A DNA stretch of 35,536 bases from an uncultured Gammaproteobacteria bacterium (GCA_964496615.1 CAZCAB010000001.1:1-35536); one strand, 5' to 3'; counted from the first letter of the stretch, positions 8,279-18,515 are shown. The notes: generated by a model not told the origin, from the sequence alone. Numbers and translations are program-made.

Positions 8279-9372
8279 GGTTGAGACTTTAACCATTTTA
8301 AATACGCTTCAACAAAATCATCCAAATCCCCATCAAGAACTGCACCGGGATCTTTGACCTCAAAACGAGTACGGACGTCCTTTACCATTTTGTACGGATG
8401 CAAGACATACGACCTAATTTGACTTCCCCATTCCGGGCTTTTGTATTCCCCGCGAAGCTTCAACCGCTCCTGCTCTTCTTTTTCCTCCTGAAGTTTCTGC
8501 AAGCGAGACGCAAGTATCTTCATTGCTGTCTGCTTATTCTGCAATTGGGATTTTTCATTTTGACAACTGACAGTTGCGCCAGTCGGAACATGCACAATGC
8601 GGACTGCTGAATAGGTTGTATTAACACTCTGCCCACCTTTCCCACTGCTCATAAATGTATCAATACGCAAATCCTTTTCATCAAGTGTAAACTCTTCGTG
8701 TTCAATTTCGGGGATGACTTCGATAAGAGCAAATGAGGTATGTCTCATTTTTTCAGCATCAAACGGGGAAATGCGTACCAACCGATGTGTCCCGTGCTCA
8801 CTTTTCAAATGTCCGTACGCCCATATTCCTTCGACGCGGAGAGTGGCAGATTTGATGCCAGCTTCTGATCCTCTCGATTCATCGAGCAGCGTCGTTCTCC
8901 ATCCCTTTTTTTCACAATATCGCAAAATCATGCGCATGAGCATCTCATTCCAATCTTGCGCTTCTGTCCCACCTGAACCTGCATGGAATGTGATGATCGC
9001 ATTCTTGCGATCATGCTTCCCATCAAGGAGAAGGTAAAACTCAAGTTTTTCGAATTGTATTTGTAGATCAGAAACTTTTTTCGTAAGCTCGGCGTACATA
9101 TCCTCATCAGGATTAGTTTCAAGATCCCCACAGAGCAAAATCAGCTCATCAATTTCACCTCTCATTTCTGTCCATGTATCGATCTCATTTTTGAGTGTCT
9201 CATGCTGCTTGCTTACTGCTGTTGCATGTTCCTGATCTGCCCAAAAATCAGCTCCTTGCATTTCTTTTTCCAGCTCCTTAACCTGAGAAGCACTTGCATC
9301 AATGCCAAGAAGTTCCCATGTTGAGGCAACTTTTTCCTTTAATGTCTTGAGTTGTTTTAACTGCTCTTTCAT
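8275..9372 (-). CDS. prfB: Peptide chain release factor 2, encoded as one uninterrupted frame
   Basis: 365 aa with SPF motif (RISPFDA) and GGQ motif (SGKGGQSVNTT). No internal TGA or +1 frameshift site is needed. Confidence 0.95.
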   Translation of the reverse strand: MKEQLKQLKTLKEKVASTWELLGIDASASQVKELEKEMQGADFWADQEHATAVSKQHETLKNEIDTWTEMRGEIDELILLCGDLETNPDEDMYAELTKKVSDLQIQFEKLEFYLLLDGKHDRKNAIITFHAGSGGTEAQDWNEMLMRMILRYCEKKGWRTTLLDESRGSEAGIKSATLRVEGIWAYGHLKSEHGTHRLVRISPFDAEKMRHTSFALIEVIPEIEHEEFTLDEKDLRIDTFMSSGKGGQSVNTTYSAVRIVHVPTGATVSCQNEKSQLQNKQTAMKILASRLQKLQEEKEEQERLKLRGEYKSPEWGSQIRSYVLHPYKMVKDVRTRFEVKDPGAVLDGDLDDFVEAYLKWLKSQP

Positions 9373-9413
9373 AGATAAGTAGCTCTATGGTAGCCAAAAA
9401 AAGGGTAAAAATC

Positions 9414-9444
9414 AAACCCGCCACATATGTGGCGGGTTTTTTTA
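9414..9444. terminator. Bidirectional intrinsic terminator after groEL
   Basis: AAACCCGCCACAT/ATGTGGCGGGTTT perfect hairpin flanked by an A-run and a T-run. Confidence 0.8.
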
Positions 9445-9460
9445 TTTAATCTAAGTATCC

Positions 9461-11387
<1,927 letters not shown>

Positions 11388-11429
11388 AGTGAATATGCAA
11401 TACGTAAATTATATTTAAAATAGAGTCAG

Positions 11430-11456
11430 TTATCACTCCCATATATGGAGTGATAA
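11430..11456. promoter_or_regulatory. CIRCE-like inverted repeat, a putative HrcA operator
   Basis: TTATCACTC-N9-GAGTGATAA against consensus TTAGCACTC-N9-GAGTGCTAA, with one symmetric substitution per arm. It lies between the groES promoter and the start codon. Confidence 0.75.
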
Positions 11457-11466
11457 TTGCAAGACC

Positions 11467-11494
11467 ATTGTACAGGATATACGAAAAAAGTCAA
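11467..11494 (-). promoter_or_regulatory. groES-groEL promoter
   Basis: TTGACT-N16-TACAAT on the minus strand, immediately upstream of the CIRCE element. Confidence 0.6.
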
Positions 11495-11543
11495 TACTTG
11501 CGGAAATAATTTAAAAAAAGCAATATTTTTAGCTTATTTAAGC

Positions 11544-11670
11544 AAAAAACCCACCATTGGCACCAAGCTCACTGTGACAACCCCATATGTAAGACTGTGA
11601 TGCCTGTCAAACACAGCCTTGAAAGGGCGTACACGTGCGCCTGAAGCCAATGGTGGATTCTTTAAAGTGC
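11544..11670 (-). ncRNA. Candidate small RNA (about 127 nt), one long irregular hairpin with its own promoter and U-tract
   Basis: An 11-bp closing stem CCACCATTGGC/GCCAATGGTGG (11551-11561 with 11646-11656) extends through UCAGGC/GCUUGG and further helices, followed by UUUUUU. Longest ORF is 5 codons. No SRP GGAA/AGCA motifs. Confidence 0.5.
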
Positions 11671-11676
11671 CTTCTC

Positions 11677-11705
11677 ATTATATGCACAGGTGGGCGCAGC
11701 GTCAA
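11677..11705 (-). promoter_or_regulatory. Consensus-like promoter of the sRNA candidate
   Basis: TTGACG (11700-11705), 17-nt spacer, TATAAT (11677-11682) on the minus strand. Confidence 0.6.
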
Positions 11706-11713
11706 CGGTGGAG

Positions 11714-11744
11714 AGAAAACAAAAAATTGGCTCAGTTAAGCCAA
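11714..11744 (-). terminator. Intrinsic terminator of the Wzy_C-like gene
   Basis: TTGGCT-taactg-AGCCAA followed by TTTTTTGTTTTCT on the minus strand. Confidence 0.55.
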
Positions 11745-11774
11745 TATACTTTTTGTTGTGCATAACATGGTGGA

Positions 11775-13049
11775 TTACTTGTGGAGTGCTAGTGCACAAG
11801 TCACTGATAGCAACATCAGCCCTATCGGGAGTGAAACGTAATAATGATCGAGAAGAACAATTGGGGTGATACTCAGAAGCAGAACTGATTCATATGACAA
11901 ACGATTCATTTGTGAAAGAAAACGTATGCCTGTTATGCAGATGACCATAAATAGTGCAAATCCGACAATCCCTAATTCGACTAAAAACAGCGCAAGCGCA
12001 TTATGAACTGGTTGATACTCCCACGGCTGATATTCTGGTCGCGTGTGCTGGAGTGCGCTTGTATACTGAGCAGGACCAACACCAAAAAATGGTTCACTGA
12101 TTAAAAGTTGTTTTGCATCTTCAAGTGCACTCCCCCGCTCACTTACCGAGGCAACTTCATGAGGTGATTGCACAGAAAAACGCGTGTGTACAAGCGGTGC
12201 GTTAAGAAGTAACATAAAAATGCACGTAATGCCAACTATGTACACCAAACGTCGCTGCACAACTGATCTTGCAACAAAAGAAAAAAGGAGTAAAAGTAAA
12301 AGCGAAAGCCAAGCACTTCTACTAAAACTCAGTATCAGTGAAATACTGCATAGTACTACCACCACATACACCCACGATGGAACATGCTCTTTCTCTATCT
12401 GAATTGAAAAAAGGGCAATCAGCACACTCACCATATACCCACCAAGAATGTTTGGGTGTGGGAAGCTCCCGTATGCACGCAACCATCGTCCAATGGTGTC
12501 TGATTGGATCACTGAGGTCCCTGGTTGCAAGAGCGGATGCTCAGCAAGTCCAAAGAGAGTTGATCCAACGGTAAGCTGGTTTGAAAATTGCCAAATGCTC
12601 AGCAGTGCTGGGATGATCGAACCTAAAATAAACCACCGAACCATTTTCCGTTTATCAATTCCAGAAAAAGAAATGGTGAGAAACAAAAGAACTGCTGACA
12701 AAAAGCGAAGTGCCCATTGCACACCGACATCAACTGAGGGTGATGTATATGCTCGTATATATACATATATAATGATTACAAACAAAGCTAAAATGAATTG
12801 TCGATCAATACTCCACTGAAATGCGATCGACTCTTTTTCCTTAATGATCCTCCGTGCACTTCGGTGCATGTACGCGAGGATAACGAGCCACAAAAGAAAC
12901 TCCCATACATACCACGATATCGTTGCATACTGCCAGACATGTCCATGAATCATCCCTTCTTGTATGATATATACGGTCTGCCATGGCAGCAAAAAAAGTA
13001 GGAGGCACATCAACTTTTCAAAAAATAAGTTGGATATATTTTTTCTCAT
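11775..13049 (-). CDS. O-antigen ligase/polymerase family (Wzy_C-like) polytopic membrane protein
   Basis: 424 aa with about 10 or more hydrophobic segments and the Wzy_C-type motif FSRSAWLSLLLLLL. Confidence 0.7.
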   Translation of the reverse strand: MRKNISNLFFEKLMCLLLFLLPWQTVYIIQEGMIHGHVWQYATISWYVWEFLLWLVILAYMHRSARRIIKEKESIAFQWSIDRQFILALFVIIIYVYIRAYTSPSVDVGVQWALRFLSAVLLFLTISFSGIDKRKMVRWFILGSIIPALLSIWQFSNQLTVGSTLFGLAEHPLLQPGTSVIQSDTIGRWLRAYGSFPHPNILGGYMVSVLIALFSIQIEKEHVPSWVYVVVVLCSISLILSFSRSAWLSLLLLLLFSFVARSVVQRRLVYIVGITCIFMLLLNAPLVHTRFSVQSPHEVASVSERGSALEDAKQLLISEPFFGVGPAQYTSALQHTRPEYQPWEYQPVHNALALFLVELGIVGFALFMVICITGIRFLSQMNRLSYESVLLLSITPIVLLDHYYVSLPIGLMLLSVTCALALHK

Positions 13050-13981
13050 ACAATTTGATGGGCACGACAGACCATTTGCCAGAGCTTTCGATAATGGGCA
13101 CGACGATCGTTCTCATGAAATTTAAGCATGGTATCAGAAATAACGACTCTGGTATCAGGCTCATGCTGGATACTCCCGGTATTTTGTGCCATCCTATGCA
13201 TTTGATACGTCTTTGCCTTCTTGTCAAACAGATCGAACAAAACGGCCGGCAGTCGCTCCACCCACTTCTGGACTAAACTCTGAGAAGTCTGCCAATCGTG
13301 CGATGGATTTTTCTGTGTATCTGCATGAGGCAGAGCAAACTTAAGCCAGTGATTCGCAGCACGCACGCGTGCATACGTCTTATGTGAATCAAAAAGTGGA
13401 ATAAGATGCGTGAGCCAATACACTAAATAGATATCATCTCGTGAAAGCGCAATATCTGCTAAGTTTAACCGCTCATCACTAATATAGAAACTCAAACATA
13501 TTTTATCTCTCACATCATCTTTTGATCTTCGCATCTTAAAAAGCTCAAGCATACTAGTAACAAGCAAACGACCAATCCACATTCTCCCGTGCTTTAAGAC
13601 AATGAAAAAATCAATATCGCTCTGATCCTTAGGGACTCCAAATGAAACCGTATTACATAGATACACACCACGAACAAATGGAATGTATGATAATAGTCTG
13701 GCAGCTCGTTTTGCAATACGCATCTTTTTTTCAGCAATAAGAAGACGCTCCCTCCTCTCGTTGACAATAGAAGATCGTCCCGGTAGAAAAAAATGGCCCC
13801 ACAGAGATTCAACAACTCCTGAATCCTTCAATATATCCAAACCTTGAATGAATGAGGAAAAAGAAATTTTCTTTGCATCCCATAGCAGTCGGTACAGCTC
13901 TTCCTTGGTAAGCGCGTAATCAAAAACATCAAAAAAAGCGAGTGTCTGTAGAACCGATTTTCGAAAGGAAGCTCCATCCAT
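13046..13981 (-). CDS. Hypothetical protein, possibly nucleotidyltransferase-fold; start trimmed from the 495-aa track ORF
   Basis: ATG 13981 (MDGASFRKSVLQTLAFFDVFDY...) lies 8 nt after TACACT. Contains SFGVPKDQSDIDFFIV. ATGA overlap with the downstream gene. The upstream 184 codons of the track ORF read through the GC-rich island in another frame. Confidence 0.6.
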   Translation of the reverse strand: MDGASFRKSVLQTLAFFDVFDYALTKEELYRLLWDAKKISFSSFIQGLDILKDSGVVESLWGHFFLPGRSSIVNERRERLLIAEKKMRIAKRAARLLSYIPFVRGVYLCNTVSFGVPKDQSDIDFFIVLKHGRMWIGRLLVTSMLELFKMRRSKDDVRDKICLSFYISDERLNLADIALSRDDIYLVYWLTHLIPLFDSHKTYARVRAANHWLKFALPHADTQKNPSHDWQTSQSLVQKWVERLPAVLFDLFDKKAKTYQMHRMAQNTGSIQHEPDTRVVISDTMLKFHENDRRAHYRKLWQMVCRAHQIV

Positions 13982-14007
13982 ATATTCTGAGTGTACCTGA
14001 TTTTCGT

Positions 14008-14033
14008 ACAAAACAAAAATCGCCCAAGGCGAT
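14008..14033 (-). terminator. Intrinsic terminator
   Basis: ATCGCC-ttg-GGCGAT followed by TTTTTGTTTTG on the minus strand. Confidence 0.65.
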
Positions 14034-14042
14034 ATTTTTATG

Positions 14043-14081
14043 CCCCCGCCCACCTCGACCTTTCGGTGAGGTGGGCGGGGG
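14043..14081. other. Very strong GC hairpin at the 3' end of the 99-aa cassette
   Basis: CCCCCGCCCACCTC / GAGGTGGGCGGGGG, a 14-bp perfect stem, with an inner ACC-GAAA-GGT on the minus strand. There is no adjacent U-tract; the canonical terminator follows 10 nt later. Confidence 0.7.
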
Positions 14082-14133
14082 TCGTTGGTTCTGCTGCCCC
14101 CAATGATGTCGGATCTCAGCGCTGGGGCGGCTA

Positions 14134-14433
14134 CTACTCGCTGACCTGCAGGTAGCCGGCCCGCTCCTCGGCGTTGTAGAAGCCCTCGACGCGGAGACCG
14201 CCGACGGGCATGCCCTCGATCGCGTTCATGAGGTTCCCACGGATGCAGAACATCCCGCGAGAGCCGGACTCGTAGCTGAGTCCGGTAATCTGCACGACCA
14301 CCTGACCGGTCTCGTGCGAGGTCTCGAACGTCGCGGTCGCGCCACGGGGATCGAAAGCGCGTGCGAACGCGTCGAGGATGTCGGGCGTCGAGGGGTTCAG
14401 GGGGTTCTTGAGAATGTCGATCCTGACCTTCAT
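14134..14433 (-). CDS. Orphan 99-aa protein with high-GC codon usage (MKVRIDILKNPLNPSTPDILDAFARAFDPRG...YLQVSE)
   Basis: SD GGAGGA (14438-14443) lies 4 nt before ATG 14433. About 88 of 99 codons end in G or C and 38/99 start with G (hand counts). Double stop TAGTAG. No family recognised. Confidence 0.65.
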   Translation of the reverse strand: MKVRIDILKNPLNPSTPDILDAFARAFDPRGATATFETSHETGQVVVQITGLSYESGSRGMFCIRGNLMNAIEGMPVGGLRVEGFYNAEERAGYLQVSE

Positions 14434-14488
14434 GTGCTCCTCCATGCGGCTGAAAGTGATATGCTGGCACCGCAAGACCAGACAACAG

Positions 14489-14517
14489 ACTATACCACAT
14501 AAAAGGAAATTTGTCAA
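14489..14517 (-). promoter_or_regulatory. Consensus promoter of the 99-aa cassette
   Basis: TTGACA (14512-14517), 17-nt spacer, TATAGT (14489-14494), followed by a 5' leader of about 55 nt. Confidence 0.65.
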
Positions 14518-14519
14518 TA

Positions 14520-14548
14520 CTAAAATACCCCAAATGTGGGGTATTTTC
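14520..14548. terminator. Intrinsic terminator after the PRC-barrel gene
   Basis: ATACCCCA-(4 nt)-TGGGGTAT flanked by A and T runs. Confidence 0.7.
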
Positions 14549-14565
14549 CCTTAACTTAGATCTTT

Positions 14566-14856
14566 TTACTCTCTCATTGCCACTGGCTCAGCATCTGTTT
14601 TAGGTATAACCGAGACGGTTCCCGTTCCTTCAGCCTTTTTAACCGCATCATCCACGATGATCTTGTCGTCTGAGATGCTTTTTATCTGAGTAGGTGAAAT
14701 CAATATACCTCCAGCAGCTATAGGAAATGGTCGAACCCGATAGTTTACGATGGTATGTGCCTCGCTATCAAACTCGCAATCACGGATCTTCCCCAACATC
14801 ACACCACTCTGTGTCTCAACTTTCTTTCTTTTCAGTTGTGATAGCAAAATGCGCAT
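14566..14856 (-). CDS. PRC-barrel domain protein (YlmC/YmxH-like)
   Basis: 96 aa; GVMLGKIRDCEFDSEAHTIVNYRV is typical of small PRC-barrel proteins. Lies directly downstream of yidC. Confidence 0.6.
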   Translation of the reverse strand: MRILLSQLKRKKVETQSGVMLGKIRDCEFDSEAHTIVNYRVRPFPIAAGGILISPTQIKSISDDKIIVDDAVKKAEGTGTVSVIPKTDAEPVAMRE

Positions 14857-14858
14857 AG

Positions 14859-15587
14859 CTATGACACAACCTCAGCCTGGGGTTTCTTCTTTTTGAACAA
14901 AAGTTTTTGTTGCAGTGCAGTGAGAAGTGTCGACAAGAACCAATACAGCATCACACCACCTGGAAGTTGTAATCCAATCAAGATGGTAATAAACGGCATG
15001 AAATACAGCATCTGCTTGTTCATCATTGCCATCATACTCTCATCTTTACCACCCTCACCAGCAGCCTTTGGTGGTTTCTTTTTATGAAACATCTTTGCTT
15101 GCCAATATTGCGCAGCCGCAGCCAGTAGCGCCAGTGGAATACTCGCAACTGACAGATCGACAATACCAAGAGCAATCGGATTCAGCTCACCCGGGTTTGC
15201 AACGAACGGATAGAGAATATCAAAGTTGGTGGTAGTAAGACCATCACGAAGTACCCAATAGAGTGCAAGAAAAATGGGAAGTTGCACGAGAATAGGAAGA
15301 CATGAACCAAATGGATTCACCTTATTTTCCTTGTACAATTTCATGGTCTCCTGCGCAAGGGTCTGCTGATCGTCTTTATACTTCTTCTTGAGTTCATCCA
15401 TCTTTGGTTGAAGCTCAGTTAAAGATTTTTGTGCCTTGATCGAAGATCCGGTAAGCGGATACAGAGCAAGTTTAATAAGAACGGTCAAAACAAAAATAAC
15501 AATACCCATATCGGGTATTACATTGTACAACGCGATCAATGCATTGAAGATCGGCTCATACAATACTGTATGGAAAAGTTCTTTCAT
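14859..15587 (-). CDS. yidC: Membrane protein insertase YidC (short form)
   Basis: KMDELKKKYKDDQQ, NPFGSCLPILVQLPIFLALYWVL and a basic C-terminal tail. ATG 15587 lies 9 nt after TGaTATACT. Confidence 0.9.
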   Translation of the reverse strand: MKELFHTVLYEPIFNALIALYNVIPDMGIVIFVLTVLIKLALYPLTGSSIKAQKSLTELQPKMDELKKKYKDDQQTLAQETMKLYKENKVNPFGSCLPILVQLPIFLALYWVLRDGLTTTNFDILYPFVANPGELNPIALGIVDLSVASIPLALLAAAAQYWQAKMFHKKKPPKAAGEGGKDESMMAMMNKQMLYFMPFITILIGLQLPGGVMLYWFLSTLLTALQQKLLFKKKKPQAEVVS

Positions 15588-15617
15588 AGTTGCCAAAGTA
15601 TATCACCAGACCTAGCC

Positions 15618-16214
15618 CTAGTCAATCATGATATCGACCGCTGTTTTTTTCTCCGATGCCGGCTGCTGAGCTTGAGAAGCTCTCTTACGCCTCTGTACTT
15701 CGCTCATAGATACGGCTGCTTTTTCCAAATCCTTTCGTCCGATCGAACGAGTGGCGCCCACCTCTTGTATATGCTCCTCTCTTCGGGCCTCACGCGCGCG
15801 AGCCCACATCTTTTTCTTCTTTTTCAGTGCCTCTTGAGATGCTCTTCTTCTTCCCGCAGGAGTTGTCTGCGTCTGAGAATCATCATCATCAATATTTGAA
15901 GCAGCAGCTGACTTCATAGCCCGGAGCGTCCTTTTCACGCTTTTTACATATTTATCCTTGAGTCCAATATCTTCCTTGATAAGATCTTTGCGCACTTGTT
16001 TAGCCAATCGTTTACTCGACATCTTCCCCGACTCAATACCAGAAAGAACGCGCCTGTCTTTTCTGAGCATCTTCCTATCTTGCTTTGTCAAAGTACCCCC
16101 AGACGCTTGTTTTTTTGATTTAATGAGGCGCTTGTTAATGCGATATGCTGAGGTATTTGGACGGACCTTATCTTGTTTAAAAAGACCTAGTAATCCTGAG
16201 GAGAGTTTTGGCAT
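15618..16214 (-). CDS. Hypothetical highly basic (Lys/Arg-rich) protein
   Basis: 198-aa ORF between miaA and yidC. ATG 16214 lies 8 nt after TAAACT. No family recognised. Confidence 0.55.
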   Translation of the reverse strand: MPKLSSGLLGLFKQDKVRPNTSAYRINKRLIKSKKQASGGTLTKQDRKMLRKDRRVLSGIESGKMSSKRLAKQVRKDLIKEDIGLKDKYVKSVKRTLRAMKSAAASNIDDDDSQTQTTPAGRRRASQEALKKKKKMWARAREARREEHIQEVGATRSIGRKDLEKAAVSMSEVQRRKRASQAQQPASEKKTAVDIMID

Positions 16215-16225
16215 ATACCCTTAGT

Positions 16226-17170
16226 TTACTCTGTTTGCAAAAAATCTTCAACGAGCTTTTTCGCCTGCTCGAATGTTGTTACCCAGGCGACCTTTTTGTC
16301 GCGTTTAAACCACGTGTTTTGACGCCGTGCATAGCGCCTGGTATCGCGCTTCAAAATCTCAATGCATTCATCCATTGATGCCTTCCCTTCAAAATACGGT
16401 CGGAATTGCCGATATCCAATACCGCTCATACTGGGCAGATCCCATGGATACTTCTGCTTAAGCAAATTTCTGATTTCCTCCACTAACCCCAGCTTAACCA
16501 TTTCTTCGACACGATCATTGATGCGTTCATTTAACTCATCTTTAGTGACGTCAATACCGATTTGCAGGGTACTAAAAAGCGGATCCCCTTTTTGTCTTTG
16601 TTCGGAAAAAGGAACGCCGCTCAATATACAAACCTCAAACGCCCGAATAATACGCAGCTTGTTATGAAAATCAATAACCTGGCCAGAATCAGGATCCGTT
16701 TGTTTTAACAGTTCAATAAGCTACTCGTTACTCTTTTCTTCAAAACTTCTGCGTAGCTTATTATTCGGAGGAATCCGAGGGATCTTTAAGTTATCAACGG
16801 TTGCTTGAACATACAGTCCTGTTCCACCAACCAAAAACGGAGTTTTTCCATTACGAACGATTAATTTAGCAAATTTGATACTCCTGTCACGAAACTCCGC
16901 AACACTAAATTTCTTACCCGGATCTAGAAAATCGATATTATAATGTGGGACCCCGCCTGACACGTACGTCTTTCGAAGCCCGGTTCGCTGCCACTCCCCT
17001 TGAACCTTGGCAGTTCCGATATTCATTCTTTTGTAGATCTGTCGAGAATCAGCAGAAATAATCTCACCATTAAACTTCCTCGCCAAATCCAAACTCCACT
17101 TCGTTTTACCGCATGTAGTAGGACCGACCAGCACGATCATTTTGGGTAATTTTTTTAAATGTGCACGCAT
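16226..17170 (-). pseudogene. miaA: tRNA dimethylallyltransferase MiaA interrupted by a single in-frame TAG (codon 150, 16721-16723)
   Basis: Track ORFs 16721..17272 (P-loop GPTTCGKT, ISADSRQIYKRMNIGTAK) and 16226..16624 (GIGYRQF, TRRYARRQNTWF) are in the same frame. The 97 nt between them translate without stops as LIELLKQTDPDSGQVIDFHNKLRIIRAFEVCI, which is conserved MiaA sequence. Confidence 0.85.
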
Positions 17171-17174
17171 ATAT

Positions 17175-18515
17175 TTATGTTTTTTTGCCCCAGAGTACCC
17201 ACTCATCAGCTCGCTCGACATGCACCTGCACAATCGAGCCGACCAGGGATACGTCACCTTGAAAATGTACACGCTTCATCTCGCGAGAATTCCCAGAGCA
17301 CCATCCATTTTCACATTTCTCAACGAGTACTTCAACATCCGTATTTTTGTATGCCTGATTCTTTTTAAGGACAATCTGCTCCATGAGATTTTGAAGGACC
17401 CACCATCTCCTTTTTTTCTCATCTTTGGGCACATCATCTTCAAAAAGTGTAAATCCAAGGGTTCCCGTACGTGGAGAATACTGCGCGTTATATGAAATGT
17501 CAAAGTCACACTCCTTATACAAACTCACGGTATCCTCAAACATCTCTTCTGTCTCTCCACTGTACCCTACGATGATATCAGTGCCAAGAGCTATATCAGG
17601 TTTTTTTGCTCGTACTTTTTGCACGATCTGAAGATACGCTTCTCTGCTGTGCCGACGATTCATTCTCTCAAGCATGGCATCATTACCACTTTGCACAGGA
17701 AGATGCAAAAAGTTTACCTGTTTAGGGAGCGTTAACGCATCAATCACTTCATCACTCATGTATATGGGATGCGGAGCAGTAAAATGAATTCTATTAAGCG
17801 AATCAATGGTATTTAACTCCCAGAGCAGCTTTGCAAAATCACTTTCCTCATATGGATTATTCCTTGAAAAAAATTCACGGTCTGGAGCAACGTATCTATT
17901 CACTATCTGCCCAAGCAGTGTTATCTCCAAACACCCGTTTTCGGCAAGCTCGCGCACTTCACGCACGATATCTTCTGCCGGACGATTGACTTCAAGTCCG
18001 CGAGAAAATGGAACAACACAATATGTACAAAAATGATTACACCCGGTCTGAATGGTCACATATGCCTGTGACACGTTGTGATATGTTGGCCGCAGATTAA
18101 GATAGTCTTGAACAATATCTTCCATGGGGCGAAGATCAGGATTAAGCTCTGATAGCCACTTCGGAAGATAAACCATGTCTTTTGTTGGAAAATACAGATC
18201 AACCCCCCTGAGCTTTGTTTTCATCCTTCCATCCTTATCGCGACCAGGCATACACCCCGTCACTCCCACGATTAAATGAGGCTTTTTTTCTTTTAACTGA
18301 GCAAAATTGACTGCCTTTCCATACACTCTATCCTCCGCTGCTTGCCGAACTGAACAGCTATTCATAAGTATCACATCAGCCTGTTCAGGCATATTCGTCG
18401 AATCCAGGCCCATATTCTTCAAAATCGACTCCATTCGCTCTGAATCACTCTTGTTCATTTGACATCCAAACGTAAGAATATGGTAGTTGTATGTTTTTAG
18501 AGCACCTGTTTGCAT
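17175..18515 (-). CDS. miaB: tRNA-i6A37 methylthiotransferase MiaB (radical SAM)
   Basis: FGCQMNKSDSE and CNHFCTYCVVP, plus a TRAM-like C-terminus. Start placed at ATG 18515 (MQTGALKTYNYH). Confidence 0.93.
   Translation of the reverse strand: MQTGALKTYNYHILTFGCQMNKSDSERMESILKNMGLDSTNMPEQADVILMNSCSVRQAAEDRVYGKAVNFAQLKEKKPHLIVGVTGCMPGRDKDGRMKTKLRGVDLYFPTKDMVYLPKWLSELNPDLRPMEDIVQDYLNLRPTYHNVSQAYVTIQTGCNHFCTYCVVPFSRGLEVNRPAEDIVREVRELAENGCLEITLLGQIVNRYVAPDREFFSRNNPYEESDFAKLLWELNTIDSLNRIHFTAPHPIYMSDEVIDALTLPKQVNFLHLPVQSGNDAMLERMNRRHSREAYLQIVQKVRAKKPDIALGTDIIVGYSGETEEMFEDTVSLYKECDFDISYNAQYSPRTGTLGFTLFEDDVPKDEKKRRWWVLQNLMEQIVLKKNQAYKNTDVEVLVEKCENGWCSGNSREMKRVHFQGDVSLVGSIVQVHVERADEWVLWGKKT

Noticed and set aside
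14255-14275. AGUCCGGCUC on the minus strand of island 2, resembling the RNase P CR-I core
   Set aside because: It lacks the GAGGAA prefix and lies inside an ORF with very strong codon-position bias, so it is judged coincidental.
13982-14533. N-terminal 184 codons of the 495-aa track ORF 13046..14533 (Arg/Pro-rich sequence)
   Set aside because: This part reads through the GC-rich cassette in a different frame from the 99-aa gene and crosses two terminators and a promoter. Stop codons are simply rare in GC-rich DNA. The credible start is ATG 13981.
16721-16723. TAG reassignment or a dedicated recoding system as the explanation for the miaA stop
   Set aside because: TAG ends several neighbouring, well-delimited genes (stops at 3646, 5993, 7032 and 7736), so a global reassignment is not supported from this window.
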